Shown here piece after piece: positions 35,262 to 46,100 of a stretch of 64,000 bases of DNA. The DNA comes from a virus. Taxonomy: Duplodnaviria; Caudoviricetes. The position numbers were made by a program, and so were the translations under genes. The notes below the pieces were generated by a model. The model saw only the letters and a list, made by a program, of their open reading frames with translations, ran no database searches and was not told where the DNA came from. The stretch is taken from IMG/VR virus record IMGVR_UViG_3300038499_000016, positions 44,694-108,693 of that record; one strand, given 5' to 3'. The stretch's first letter is position 1. Each line of letters opens with the position of its first letter.

Positions 35262-38200
35262 CTACTTACGATATGCATCGAGCATATTCAGCCACACAAG
35301 TGATCTGCGGGCCTCTTCTTTTGATAGTTTCCTACCTACCGCATTTACTATCTCCCCTAAGAGCTCCACGGAACTTTTCTTATTTGTTCCGCCCAATTTA
35401 GCCACAGCTGCTTTTATGATTACTGAGAGTGGATTAGGACTTACACTATCCAGATAAGACAGGACCGCTAGGAAATCTCTTTTCCCATACCCATAATCAG
35501 CAAGTACGGTAGGTTTATTGCTGGTCAGGAGTATGTGGGCCCCATACTTGAGCTTATTGAAAGCTTTCTCATCCAGATTACCTGTGGTCTTTCTCACAAA
35601 TCGGTCCCATACCGTTTTTGTATTCCACAGATTTCTGTATACGCTTGCGGGCTTTATGATTGACTCATCGAGCGTCTCGAGCTCTTGAGGACGCTCTTCT
35701 TTTTCCGTAAAATCATCGGCTATCTCATCGCTGATTTGTTGAAGGATCCGCTTCTTGATCTGATCCTTCATCTTCCTCATATCATCGCCGGGTTCCTCTT
35801 CCTCAGGAAGTCCACCTTCCTCAGGAGCTTCTTCTGCTGGGGCTTCTGCTGGGGCTTCTGCTGGGGCTTCTGCTGGGGCTTCTGCTGGGGGCTCATCAGC
35901 AGGAGGTTCATCGGGCTTATCGGCAGGGGGTTTATCTTGAGCAATCAAATGAGCTGCAGCCTTCAGATAGTCCCCTTCTTTGGGCTGATAGGACTTCTTA
36001 TCCAGAGCCGCCTCAATCTTGGATATGATATCAAGGGATGGTTCTACGGAACAACGACGTACTGCACCTACAAAGGCCGGATTCTTAACCCAAGATGCAT
36101 CACAGAACACGACACTCTCTGGGTCTGATTTATGCCCACAAAGCTCTGCAACCCTTCGCTGTACGCCATTATCATCATAGAAAAAATTATTCTTCTCATA
36201 TTTCACATGCTGGCATGCTTGGGTCTCATCAACAGATTTATTACCACACTTAGTGCATATGGAATATTGAATCTTGCAGTTATGGACTGCCATGTCATTA
36301 GCTACATAGGAGTTATCGTCCCACACCTCAAAATTATAGACCCATCCTTCATAAGGAAGTTTCTCTATACTCTGAATAGGATGAAGCATCCACCCTAGAT
36401 TATTATTAGCTTTCCACGTATTGAGTAATTTGCGCTTTTTATCATCATCAATATTTTGATACTTTTTCTGATACTTATACGGGAAGGCGTAATTGAGTTC
36501 ATTTTCAATGACATTCAAAGCCTGAAAATTAAGCTGGATCTGATGAGCATCTGAACGATACCCTTCGTAATGATTCACCACTTCAACACCATCAGCGGTC
36601 ATTTTTCGTACATCTGTCTTATACAAAGATCCTTCAACATGATACATATTATGTATCATGCGGAGTCTGTTTAGAATAACACGGTATTGGTCAGCCAAGT
36701 GGCGTGACCCCGTGGTATTCATATCACCAATAACCCATGTAGCTATAAGATGCCGCTGGATCGATGTATCCCAATACAACACCTCTTCAGGCATCCTCTT
36801 ATCATTAAAGTATTCCCCACAATACTTAGAGAAGAATTCAGCAATATCCTCTCCTACAATCTTCACTGCTTTGGGGTATCTCAACACCGTAGCATTAGGA
36901 AAAGCCTTAGCGGAGAGTTCAGCAATTTCCTTATTAACCGTCTCGTACTCATGCTCTCCAAGGGAGAATTCTGCTCCTATTTTCTTTCGAGTTTTAGAAG
37001 CTTCTTTAAAACCAGGATCATTTTTTCGCCCATCACCACGTATCAAATTACGACGTATTTTGGCATTCACGGGAGCATCAGGAAACTGCATCCTATAGGT
37101 TTCTAAATTCAACCCGTGCTTTGGAATATGAGTAGTGAGCTTGTTATAAAGATTCCCACAAACCTTACAACGAACTAAGTAATCATTCTCTTCACCCTGA
37201 AACACTACATCTTTTACAAAAGATCCTTCCGCCAAGAAATATCCAATAAGTCGGGCTTTCTCAACGGTAGCATCATCAGATTTGATTATAGTCTGAGAAA
37301 TAGGCGAAGAAACTATATCTCCTACCTGAAGATCTTGTGCATCCACCCACCCAAGATCAAGATTTTCCCTTATGGGGTTAGAATCTCGTAAAGCCTTGTA
37401 CTCATCAATAGAATAAGTTTGGGTATTGGGATTAACAACACGAGCATAATGACCCGTCAAAAATCTTGAATAAGCTGGATTGCCATCCATCATTTTGCTG
37501 TCATGGCCACACAGAGTAGTGGTAATCTTTCCCCCACAACCACAGGCGCACAAATGCTCTCTTTTGAAAGCCCAATAAGGATGTTCTGGGGTTACATATG
37601 TTATCTTGTAATCCCCCTCAACCTTAATAGCTAAGATGTCGCCCTTATACCAACGCTTTTGAGTATTCTTTACCGCTCGAATATTACCGGAATGGCTTAA
37701 TACCATATCTCCGGGATGGAGGACTTCAATAGCCGTCTTAGTCCCGTCCGAAAGAGTGATTTCCGTACCTTCAAGAAAACAGCCCATAGACAAAGTAGAA
37801 AGTTCCCCTGACTCAATCTTTCGTACCAAGTCCTCGTGCTTGCGATCTGTAGCTACAAGGATATCAACGTAATAGGTAGTAAGGTCTTCCCCGGAGGCGG
37901 TCTTCCCGATGGGTATTTCTCTTAAAACCGCATCAACCACTTTACCTTTTGACAGATTCTCTATCTGTACGTGTTCTACGAAATTATTACATCCTATGAA
38001 TGATTGATAGCATTGCTTGAGAAGGTCCTTATCCCAAGCATCGCCATTATTATTTACGAATTTTGAAAAGGAGGGATGGATGTAGTAGTTACTATTAGCA
38101 TCTTTGGGATTTGCGAGCTCGGTCTGTACAGCGGCTATAATTGAGCAATGACTCAACAAGTATTTCCGAGGGTCATACTTAGCAATAACGGTCTTGGCGG

Positions 38201-38315
38201 TTTTCATCCGGCAACGGCCGTCACTACAGGCGCTTTCATAGACCTTATTGACCCACTGGTCTCCGGTCATTCCTGTTTCTATGACGGCCGCATGGCCATA
38301 GCGCATCATCGCCAT
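35262..38315 (-). CDS. prohead maturation protease, intein-containing
   Basis: NNNGDAW, NFVEH, KGKVVDA, LSMGC (catalytic Ser), then after the intein CTKCG...C.H...ELC...ASWVKNPAF; position in the head module. Confidence 0.78.
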   Translation of the reverse strand: MAMMRYGHAAVIETGMTGDQWVNKVYESACSDGRCRMKTAKTVIAKYDPRKYLLSHCSIIAAVQTELANPKDANSNYYIHPSFSKFVNNNGDAWDKDLLKQCYQSFIGCNNFVEHVQIENLSKGKVVDAVLREIPIGKTASGEDLTTYYVDILVATDRKHEDLVRKIESGELSTLSMGCFLEGTEITLSDGTKTAIEVLHPGDMVLSHSGNIRAVKNTQKRWYKGDILAIKVEGDYKITYVTPEHPYWAFKREHLCACGCGGKITTTLCGHDSKMMDGNPAYSRFLTGHYARVVNPNTQTYSIDEYKALRDSNPIRENLDLGWVDAQDLQVGDIVSSPISQTIIKSDDATVEKARLIGYFLAEGSFVKDVVFQGEENDYLVRCKVCGNLYNKLTTHIPKHGLNLETYRMQFPDAPVNAKIRRNLIRGDGRKNDPGFKEASKTRKKIGAEFSLGEHEYETVNKEIAELSAKAFPNATVLRYPKAVKIVGEDIAEFFSKYCGEYFNDKRMPEEVLYWDTSIQRHLIATWVIGDMNTTGSRHLADQYRVILNRLRMIHNMYHVEGSLYKTDVRKMTADGVEVVNHYEGYRSDAHQIQLNFQALNVIENELNYAFPYKYQKKYQNIDDDKKRKLLNTWKANNNLGWMLHPIQSIEKLPYEGWVYNFEVWDDNSYVANDMAVHNCKIQYSICTKCGNKSVDETQACQHVKYEKNNFFYDDNGVQRRVAELCGHKSDPESVVFCDASWVKNPAFVGAVRRCSVEPSLDIISKIEAALDKKSYQPKEGDYLKAAAHLIAQDKPPADKPDEPPADEPPAEAPAEAPAEAPAEAPAEEAPEEGGLPEEEEPGDDMRKMKDQIKKRILQQISDEIADDFTEKEERPQELETLDESIIKPASVYRNLWNTKTVWDRFVRKTTGNLDEKAFNKLKYGAHILLTSNKPTVLADYGYGKRDFLAVLSYLDSVSPNPLSVIIKAAVAKLGGTNKKSSVELLGEIVNAVGRKLSKEEARRSLVWLNMLDAYRK
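35828..35891 (-). repeat. 12-nt tandem repeat encoding (PAEA)n linker
   Basis: GCTGGGGCTTCT repeated about 5 times. Confidence 0.8.
36279..37781 (-). mobile_element. intein (501 aa) with degenerate LAGLIDADG domain and inserted Zn-binding modules
   Basis: Starts CFLEGTEITLSDG; block B VTPEHP; LIGYFLAEGS; ends WVYNFEVWDDNSYVANDMAVHN followed by Cys+1. Confidence 0.92.
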
Positions 38316-38327
38316 TTCAAAATACCC

Positions 38328-38708
38328 CTAGAACTTGTAAACACTCTTCATCTGCTTAAGGGATTGCTGTGCGTTCATTGCTTCTTGGATGATTTTCTCA
38401 ATCTCTTTATTGAGCGTCTCTACCCGTTCCACAATCCTGATGTTCATCTTTTCATCCGCTTCGTGGGTAGTCATCGGAGCCCCAATAGGTACGGGAGCTT
38501 TAGGAAACTTCCCTATTCCGCTAATGGTTTTGGTCAGACTTTCAAGATTCTTTTTTAGAGATTCTTGAAGCCGTTCCAAGTCCATAATAGGATTACCGGA
38601 AGGTTTGAACTTCTCTGGTGGAACGAACGCTTTTACCAATCTTCTGATACAGTTTGCGACGGTATTGATCATAGTAGTTACACGACTACTTTCTTTTTCG
38701 CGGGTCAT
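38328..38708 (-). CDS. coiled-coil hypothetical protein
   Basis: ORF in late operon. Confidence 0.55.
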   Translation of the reverse strand: MTREKESSRVTTMINTVANCIRRLVKAFVPPEKFKPSGNPIMDLERLQESLKKNLESLTKTISGIGKFPKAPVPIGAPMTTHEADEKMNIRIVERVETLNKEIEKIIQEAMNAQQSLKQMKSVYKF

Positions 38709-39007
38709 TCCGCGGAAGGTGTCTTCTTCTGACGTTCCTGCCAGAGCTCATCCAGCTTATTGGCCTGTTTCCTAATAAAATCCGTTACATTCGACTTGAT
38801 CTTCTTCTCAGTCTTTTCCTCTTCAGGCTCATCTTCCTTACTGAACTTCAGGTCCTTCAAATAAGAGAGGGTTTGACTCACGCCGGCACCTGAAGAAGAT
38901 CCCTGCCAATCTCTGGGTTCAAGATTGACGATGCTGCCAGGTCTGGACCTGGTCTTGGTCACTAGATAGAATTCCCGGCTGCCATCTTTGTACTTATGGA
39001 GATACAT
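38705..39007 (-). CDS. hypothetical protein
   Basis: AAGGA RBS, ATGA overlap. Confidence 0.55.
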   Translation of the reverse strand: MYLHKYKDGSREFYLVTKTRSRPGSIVNLEPRDWQGSSSGAGVSQTLSYLKDLKFSKEDEPEEEKTEKKIKSNVTDFIRKQANKLDELWQERQKKTPSAE

Positions 39008-39010
39008 GAC

Positions 39011-39523
39011 TTATTCCTTGGTGATGTCTTCGTAGACTTTTTGAACGGATGATCGGACGATGTAGTCCGAACAGATGGATGCATACTTCTGATAGACTCG
39101 ATTATAGGTCTGCACTTCACCCAGACCTTTATCATGGCAGGACACGATATCGTCTATCAGTTTGCCCACGACATCGATGGCAAAAGTATGGGCAATACGA
39201 AGGGCCATGCGTTCCGTTGCCATGACCCTTTTCGGTAGACATCCACGGAGTTTCTCTGATACGCTCTTCTCATAGGAGCTGTATCCCAAGTCTCTGTGGA
39301 CCGTAGGCATTCCATAGATCAGGGGATTAACCTTTATCAGAGTCTCCGGACTTTCCTGTTCATTGGCGGTCGGCCACTGTACCCAGACCTTATAGGTTGA
39401 GGGCACAATATGTGTAACTACTCCAGTGAAGGGGCTGACATTCGAGTCCGTTACGAACTTCCTAACGCAGTCTCCAACCCTGAAGTCTTCTGGAGCCGAC
39501 ATCATCGGGAACAGTGCAGGCAT
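39011..39523 (-). CDS. hypothetical protein with SH3/KOW-like N-domain
   Basis: FRVGDCV...GVVTHI...KVWVQWP; GAGGAGG RBS. Confidence 0.6.
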   Translation of the reverse strand: MPALFPMMSAPEDFRVGDCVRKFVTDSNVSPFTGVVTHIVPSTYKVWVQWPTANEQESPETLIKVNPLIYGMPTVHRDLGYSSYEKSVSEKLRGCLPKRVMATERMALRIAHTFAIDVVGKLIDDIVSCHDKGLGEVQTYNRVYQKYASICSDYIVRSSVQKVYEDITKE

Positions 39524-39540
39524 TGCAGCCTCCTCAGGAG

Positions 39541-39852
39541 TTACTCAACCTTCTGATAGGCCTTCTTGACCGCTACGGGACTCTTCTTGATCTCAGCAAC
39601 TTGTTCGAAGTTACTCTTGTTGTAGTTGTCCATGTAGGGTTCATCGGGCTGACGGCTACGTACCTGATAGTTGAACCGATTGGCCATGTATCTGGACTCA
39701 TCGGGATCTGACTTCAGGGTTGATGCATCCTTACGGCCGTCGATGACATCGGAAACCCTATCGATCTCTAGGGCGATCTCAGGGTTGCTGGCCTGGACTT
39801 CCTCAGCGATCTTGTCGAGTCTCTCGGTATACTGCTTAGCGTTCTTCAACAT
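39541..39852 (-). CDS. hypothetical (possible head) protein
   Basis: AGGAGG RBS; RLDKIAEEV...LEIDRVSDVID. Confidence 0.6.
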   Translation of the reverse strand: MLKNAKQYTERLDKIAEEVQASNPEIALEIDRVSDVIDGRKDASTLKSDPDESRYMANRFNYQVRSRQPDEPYMDNYNKSNFEQVAEIKKSPVAVKKAYQKVE

Positions 39853-39865
39853 CGGACCCTCCTAT

Positions 39866-40447
39866 TCATGGGACTTTCTGATAGATAGCTTTCTTAAGAA
39901 GTGTTTTTCCCCGTTCTCTGTACATATGAGGAACACCTTCTGGTGTCCTCGTACGGGCACGTTCTCTGGTTGGTACATCTTTGATTTTCAAACCCAGCTG
40001 TTTCAGGACAGGGGCTTTCACCTCTATTGGTTCTGGCTTAGGTTCGGGAGCTTTCTTTTTCTTGGCTAACACAGGGGGGGCCATACCTATAGAAGATTCC
40101 AGAGTACTGAGAAGGACTTTGTAGCGGTTTGCATTGATCTTTCCGTCATACATGCCATTGGCAAAAGACCGTACAGCCAGGGAAAGAGCATCATCACAGG
40201 CCACCTGTTTGCTGAATTTTGCGAGTATCGGATTGATCATGGTCTTGGCGCTGGCCACCAGCACATCATAGTCAGCATCTGTGAGGTCTTCAGGGCCCTG
40301 GTAGGTACGTGCAATATCGAATCGAGGGACTCGTTCTTCTACTACTCGTCGGTCGTAATTGAAGTACTTATAGGCGTTATTCGTGACTTCCGGGAACCGA
40401 CTCCAGTAGCTTCGAATCACTTTGGGTATCAGAAGGATGAGATTCAT
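39866..40447 (-). CDS. hypothetical protein
   Basis: First gene after the promoter motif at 40489. Confidence 0.6.
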   Translation of the reverse strand: MNLILLIPKVIRSYWSRFPEVTNNAYKYFNYDRRVVEERVPRFDIARTYQGPEDLTDADYDVLVASAKTMINPILAKFSKQVACDDALSLAVRSFANGMYDGKINANRYKVLLSTLESSIGMAPPVLAKKKKAPEPKPEPIEVKAPVLKQLGLKIKDVPTRERARTRTPEGVPHMYRERGKTLLKKAIYQKVP

Positions 40448-40488
40448 GTTATAACTTCTGTGGTTCTAAATGGTTGCCTAAATTTAGG

Positions 40489-40504
40489 TATTAAGAGATT
40501 ATTA
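40489..40504 (-). promoter_or_regulatory. copy of repeated phage promoter-like motif (TAATAATCTCTTAATA)
   Basis: Overlaps the stop of 40502-40792; upstream of 40447. Confidence 0.7.
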
Positions 40505-40792
40505 GGTTGTCTCTTTCAAGTATCGTTCAACGACCCTTGATGCGAACCGACTATCTTTCATAGGTTTGGCGTTCTTGACCATGTGCTTGAGGTCCGCCAC
40601 TAAAATTGACAGTTCGAAGGCCTGTTTGAGGGCCTCATTGACCTTTTTTGCGATATCATCATCATAGCTATCCAGGGATTGGAGGCCTTTTTTAAGGGGT
40701 GTTTTATGGAAGTCTGTCAGACTTTGTCCGAGGGCTTCCATTATTTCCAGAGATTTATCCAAGTCGCGTCCGAGTCCTTTTTTCTTAGCCAT
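40502..40792 (-). CDS. hypothetical protein
   Basis: 96-aa helical ORF with AAGGA RBS. Confidence 0.6.
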   Translation of the reverse strand: MAKKKGLGRDLDKSLEIMEALGQSLTDFHKTPLKKGLQSLDSYDDDIAKKVNEALKQAFELSILVADLKHMVKNAKPMKDSRFASRVVERYLKETT

Positions 40793-40834
40793 ATTGGATT
40801 AGGTCCTTCCTGAGGGTACTCAGGCTGGGGTATA

Positions 40835-40850
40835 AATTAACAGATTATTA
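40835..40850 (-). promoter_or_regulatory. variant of repeated promoter-like motif (TAATAATCTGTTAATT)
   Basis: Upstream of 40792. Confidence 0.5.
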
Positions 40851-41313
40851 CGTTCAGATGCATGATCCCACTCAAATGGTATATATTATCATTTGTTGAA
40901 TCTAGATAGACTCTTGGAATGACCACAGAAGAGCCCTCGTGGTTATATGCAATAACCTTCGACTTATACCATGTTCCATCTTGAGCATATGGAGACCAGC
41001 TTACCTTTACCTGCCTAGAAACCCCATCATGCAAAAGCCGTTTAGTTTGCCGTTCTACTGAGTGGGTATAGTGGACCAACACTTTAGAAATCTTATCAGT
41101 AGAATCAAAATAGGTGTCCGGATTCACTGTTTGAATAAGATTCACCAAATTAGGTACATTTACAGTGCTTGTTACGGAAGTATTGTCTCCTGCCTGAGAA
41201 ATGTTGAAATAATTGATAGCTAAATTGGTAACTGTGCCTACTGTACCTTGCCAAGCGCCTTTATCTACTTTAATGCTTTGATAAGCACCTTTGTTTAAAT
41301 GACTATATGCCAT
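40837..41313 (-). CDS. protein carrying the repeated ~120-aa module (copy 1)
   Basis: YFDSTDKISKV...RQTKR...VSWSPYAQDGTWYK...AYNHEG. Confidence 0.7.
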   Translation of the reverse strand: MAYSHLNKGAYQSIKVDKGAWQGTVGTVTNLAINYFNISQAGDNTSVTSTVNVPNLVNLIQTVNPDTYFDSTDKISKVLVHYTHSVERQTKRLLHDGVSRQVKVSWSPYAQDGTWYKSKVIAYNHEGSSVVIPRVYLDSTNDNIYHLSGIMHLNVIIC

Positions 41314-42342
41314 TTACACTCCTAGACTTATTGATAATCCGGCATCTAATGCCGGTGAGCCAACGGTAAGTGAGAACACTCCAATAGCTGGAGTAGTAAA
41401 TAAAGGATCTCCTGTACTAACCTCATAGTCCTGGAAAATTGTTGTAGTGTCTTCGTTTACCCACATATCTACGTTACGAGCATCATCTCCATGATTTTTC
41501 CAGAAAAAGTTGCTGTCTCTCTGAGTAGTAGAAGAAATCCCACTAACAGTACACGAATCAACGGCATTATTTACTATACAACTTCTATAGGCTGTGCCCA
41601 TAAATAATGCCTTTTTACAATTATAAAAAGTATTATTTAAAAAAATGTGATCATTTCCACTTACCTTAATTCCAATTAATATGTTATTTAATATATTAAA
41701 TTCAATCATACTACCAGCTCCACCTGCAAAGATTCCCTGTCTGTCACCATCATCAATCCCATTATATAAATCATGAAAATAACAAAATAATACTTTCGTA
41801 GCACTACCAGTAGTTATACCACTACCAGTTCCGGTTATTTCGCAATTAATAATCATACTTTGAGTACCAAACTCCGCAGCGTAATAGGTATTAGTTCCAT
41901 CTGAATTAATTTTACAATTCTCAGCAATACAATAACCTCCAGTTACAACGCCGTTAGTAGATAACTTTGCTACTCTAAATGATATATTTCTAATAACATA
42001 ATAATTACCAAAAGTAATAGCATTAGTGTCACAATCAAAATAAGGTCTATTAGCTGACAGTCTAGCCCAATCAGAATATGCTACTGCTGCTCCTTCATTA
42101 GTACATGTACTTTTTACGCCTATTAGGGCTATTGGTGCTGATAAAGTCCCAGCTCTTGCTGATGAACTAAACTCACTATCGAGTGTATAAGTTCCTTCTT
42201 TAATAAATATCACGTCACCAGCTACTACTGTACCTTCCATAAAAGTTTCAAACTCTGGTTCACCAAAAGCAGTGGCCCAAGTGGTACCATCTTTTGCACC
42301 AGCACCACTAGGTGTTACGTGATAATAAGCATGAATAGCCAT
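41314..42342 (-). CDS. right-handed beta-helix (pectate-lyase-like) surface/fibre protein
   Basis: YHVTPSGAGAKDGTTWATA, AGDVIFIKEGTY, repeated IxNC/NNTFYNC coils, DPLF...SPALDAG. Confidence 0.72.
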   Translation of the reverse strand: MAIHAYYHVTPSGAGAKDGTTWATAFGEPEFETFMEGTVVAGDVIFIKEGTYTLDSEFSSSARAGTLSAPIALIGVKSTCTNEGAAVAYSDWARLSANRPYFDCDTNAITFGNYYVIRNISFRVAKLSTNGVVTGGYCIAENCKINSDGTNTYYAAEFGTQSMIINCEITGTGSGITTGSATKVLFCYFHDLYNGIDDGDRQGIFAGGAGSMIEFNILNNILIGIKVSGNDHIFLNNTFYNCKKALFMGTAYRSCIVNNAVDSCTVSGISSTTQRDSNFFWKNHGDDARNVDMWVNEDTTTIFQDYEVSTGDPLFTTPAIGVFSLTVGSPALDAGLSISLGV

Positions 42343-42360
42343 AATTAAATCTGCTACTTT

Positions 42361-42470
42361 CTATGTGAGCCCTTGAATATACTCAGACTGGGTCAGCAGT
42401 CTGCTGAGTACTGTGCCTATGCCGCTTGCGGCAGTGGCGTGGCCATGACTTTAGTCATGGGAGCTGTCAC
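42361..42470 (+). mobile_element. IS200/IS605-type miniature element/right-end remnant
   Basis: GC-rich intergenic island with three hairpins ending CCATGACT-TT-AGTCATGG-GAGCTG-TCAC, the layout of TnpB-family right ends; left boundary uncertain. Confidence 0.5.
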
Positions 42471-43120
42471 GACACCAAATTCATTACCCCATTCAAATGA
42501 TATATATCAGCATTAGTTGTGTCTATGTACTCTCTTGAAAGAGTCACAGAAGATCCTTCGTGGTTATATGCAATTATCTTCGATTTATACCACGTTCCGT
42601 CTTGGGCGTATGGCGACCAACTTACAGAAGCTTGTTTCGACACATCCCCTTCATGAATAATTCGCTTTCCCTGTCGGCCCCCTGAATGGTAGTAATAGAC
42701 CCATATCTTAGAAAATTTATCAATAGAATCAAAATAGGCATCCGGATTAATGCCTTGAATAACGCCCATCAAGTCAGAAACATTTACAGTACTGGTTACT
42801 GACGTTTGATCTCCTACCTGTGGCACATTGAAATAACTAAGTCCATCATAAATTGTCTCAAAAACATCCCCTTCAGCATAGTATTCAATAGCCGTATGAC
42901 CGACGACTTTAAATTTTACTTCTGCAGTTGGGGTTCCAGATACCGTCCAATTGTAATAATTCCAATCGTCTGGAGGTACTATGATTGAATTCGCAACTGT
43001 TGCTAGGGGCAACACATCGTAATGGACACCACCGTCCCAAGACACATAAATATCGACTTGCGTATCCTCTATATCCCGCCACCGAAAGGGATATTGCTGG
43101 TCGATCTTGTAGGTGGCCAT
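42467..43120 (-). CDS. Ig-like N-domain + repeated module (copy 2)
   Basis: VDIYVSWDGG...YNWTV; YFDSIDKFSKI...RQGKRIIH...SWSPYAQDGTWYK. Confidence 0.7.
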   Translation of the reverse strand: MATYKIDQQYPFRWRDIEDTQVDIYVSWDGGVHYDVLPLATVANSIIVPPDDWNYYNWTVSGTPTAEVKFKVVGHTAIEYYAEGDVFETIYDGLSYFNVPQVGDQTSVTSTVNVSDLMGVIQGINPDAYFDSIDKFSKIWVYYYHSGGRQGKRIIHEGDVSKQASVSWSPYAQDGTWYKSKIIAYNHEGSSVTLSREYIDTTNADIYHLNGVMNLVS

Positions 43121-43121
43121 A

Positions 43122-46100
43122 TTAATGGGCCTCCGGACGAAATATTTTCAAACCATAGGCAACTGTGTCGGATACCCCTGCTGCTGTTGTAACTATCAAA
43201 TCATAATACCCTCTGGATATAATTGGTATAGGAATTGCAACTGATGTGTTCGTCCAAGTTATTGCAGTACCTAAAGATGTGCTATTGCACTTAATCGTTC
43301 CGATCCCTTGTGAGGCACCAAAACCTGTCCCCGTAATGTTAAGGGTATCTCCAGGTTTGAGCCAATCCTTACGCAAATTTGTTACCAGCCGGCCTGACCT
43401 ATCTACCCATCCAACGGCACGTTTAGTCCCTATAGGAAGAACTGGAAGTCTCGCATGAGTTAGTACTGGATAGGTTACATCCGGCAGCCTACCTATCATG
43501 TATCTCGTATTCAAGGAAGCTTCTGTTCTCGATGTGAGTAGTTTAAGCTGCATTACATCAGTACGTGCTGATGTAATCGTCGCCGATGTTCCTGCAGAGT
43601 CTAAAGAGAAACCACTGACATTTGTTACTGACGGATAAAGTGGAGAATTAAACTGCAATACTAACGTATCCCCACTCGTTGTTACGGCGGTTAAATGCGG
43701 ATAGGGTGACCTTATTCCATTGCGATAACGAACATAGGCCGCCGCAAGTCTAGGTCCCAAGCTATCCTGACCTTTATAACTTAGATGAAATTGTGATTGC
43801 ACTGCTAAATCATATGTGGGTGCGGCAAATATTGCTTCATTTGTACCTCTATCCAACCCATATTGCATGTTACGAAGGTGTGTGTAATTCGTGTCATACG
43901 GAATATTTGCCGTCTGACTATCGATAGATACCTGCACAATAAGAGTTGGCATAGAATCCAAGCCAAGATCCAGCTTCATTCGTGCCTGAAGTGTATCAAA
44001 TCTCGTTGGATAGACGAGAATTGAGTCCTTTATATACTGACATTCTGTTTCACCCTGATACCACTCAAAGAAAACAGGCTTTCGACCTTGCAAACCATTT
44101 TCAATAAACGATATCTCTTTACCATACATGAAGGTACTGTCCCATGGATTATCCGGATTTCTCATTCCCCAGGAGATTGCTTTGTGCCAATAATATCCCA
44201 CGAGATTTGATGTTATTCTGGCAGCATTTATAAGAGCTACCGGTTTTCGAAGATAACGAACTAATGATGTTGAAAGACTAGGACCCATAGACGCATTACT
44301 ACCCACCATTGGGTCTGTGCAGCGCATCCACGTGCCTTCTAAATTCTGTATACTTGTTCGTCGATAGCCGAGGGCAGAGTCCGTCTTGGCAGTGTCTCTA
44401 GAAGCATGTAGTACAGCAGCACCTTGAGCGTTACTTTGGCCTAGAAGAACACCAATTATAGTGCTATCCGTTAGTGAATTAGTCGCGTAGGTGATTTGTA
44501 CGGAGTCCACACCGGTTCCATGATCATAGATAATCCATACTGTGCCAACAGCATGAGCCGGCGCGGTGAACGATACCCAAGCATCGTGCTGAGCTGTTAG
44601 TGCAGCTGGAACTCCATCAACCGTTACAGATCCACCGGAACTCCGAAGATGTGCACCTTGAATTATCACCCTACCACCTGTTGGTGGGAGTGACGCCGGA
44701 ATGGTGTAATTAACCAACGGTCTATCAAACGCCCAATTAACGGTGCCACCGCCATCAACACATCCTGTTGTGCAGAGGCCTGGATAGCCTTGAGCTTCTT
44801 GGTCTCGAATATATCTGAAACTGTCACACTGAGGGACTGTTGTGGCAATCATTGCCAATTGACCTGGATTTGTGGAGATGGTAGAGTCTAAGGCACCCGA
44901 TATACCTGAAAAATCGCCAGGAACATAACCCACAATTTGCAAACTGGTCCCACTTTGGAAGGCAAGTTTCTTACCGCCTGCACCACTGGAGAGAAGAACA
45001 CGCTTCACCCGGTCGTTGGCAGAATCCTTAAGAAATGATCCGCCATTTACAAAATTGAATTTAAGCGAGTCTAACAATCGCTGTGCATTGGTGTTGGTTA
45101 TCCGTACCGTTGCAACATTTGCGAGACGAATCCATTTTGCATTCGCACGGTTTCCAAACAATGTATCAGTTCCAGAAAGAAGAAGGTTTCCAGTGAGGTT
45201 GAACCCAGCCGTGAGCGGCTTCAATTTACCAGATAGCACGGAAACATTGTGATATGAACCGGCAGAGTCTACAACGCTATCTGTCAGGCCTACCCCAGGA
45301 TTGAAAAAGAAGTCATACAAATCTTTACTATTCGTCAATAATATGCCAGCACTATCCATAGTCCACGAACTCGTTCCGGGAATATAGGCATGGCTGGTGC
45401 CCATTGAAAAGGAACCAGAGCAATAGCCCACAAGAGTCTGAAAGCTGTCGATATTTGCACCAGAGTTTCTGGTCGTACCGTCAAAAGCATTTATAGAGTA
45501 TGTGCCCGAACCATATGACCCGACTACAGCTGCAGATGCGTGGGTAGATCCCAATTGAAGAATGTTGCATGTCACATTTGAACTTGCATTGATCCATCGC
45601 AAGGTCACTCCAGAAGTATTTGTTTGGAAACTAAATACCCTCGTTGCTGCATTTGCTACAGTCAAATTCCCAGTCTGGTTGATCGTGGTGGACCCATAGG
45701 CAATTAAGCTAGTGCTGTTTGGACCTAAGTTGGCGGTAGGCATCGTGTATGGAGTTGTCCCTACAAGCACGCTAATGCCGCCCGCGCCGATGATGCTTGC
45801 GCCAGAAGCCTGGTACCATAGGTAACTACCGGCACCTGGAAGGTATAACGTAAGTCCTGCTGCGTTCGTCAGTACCGCGTTGCTTTCTAGCTTAATTGAC
45901 GTATCGGATGCAGCACAGGTAATGGAAAACGCAGAAGCACCAGAATTCGTCACCAATGCACTTGAGCCTAAATTCAATCGTCCATAGTACATGGCACCCA
46001 AATCCTGATCTAACACACACCCGGCCGTTCCATTGAACGTTAACACCGTTGCACTTGCTGAATACCCCGCAGCACACCCACTTCCTACGTGATATGTGGA

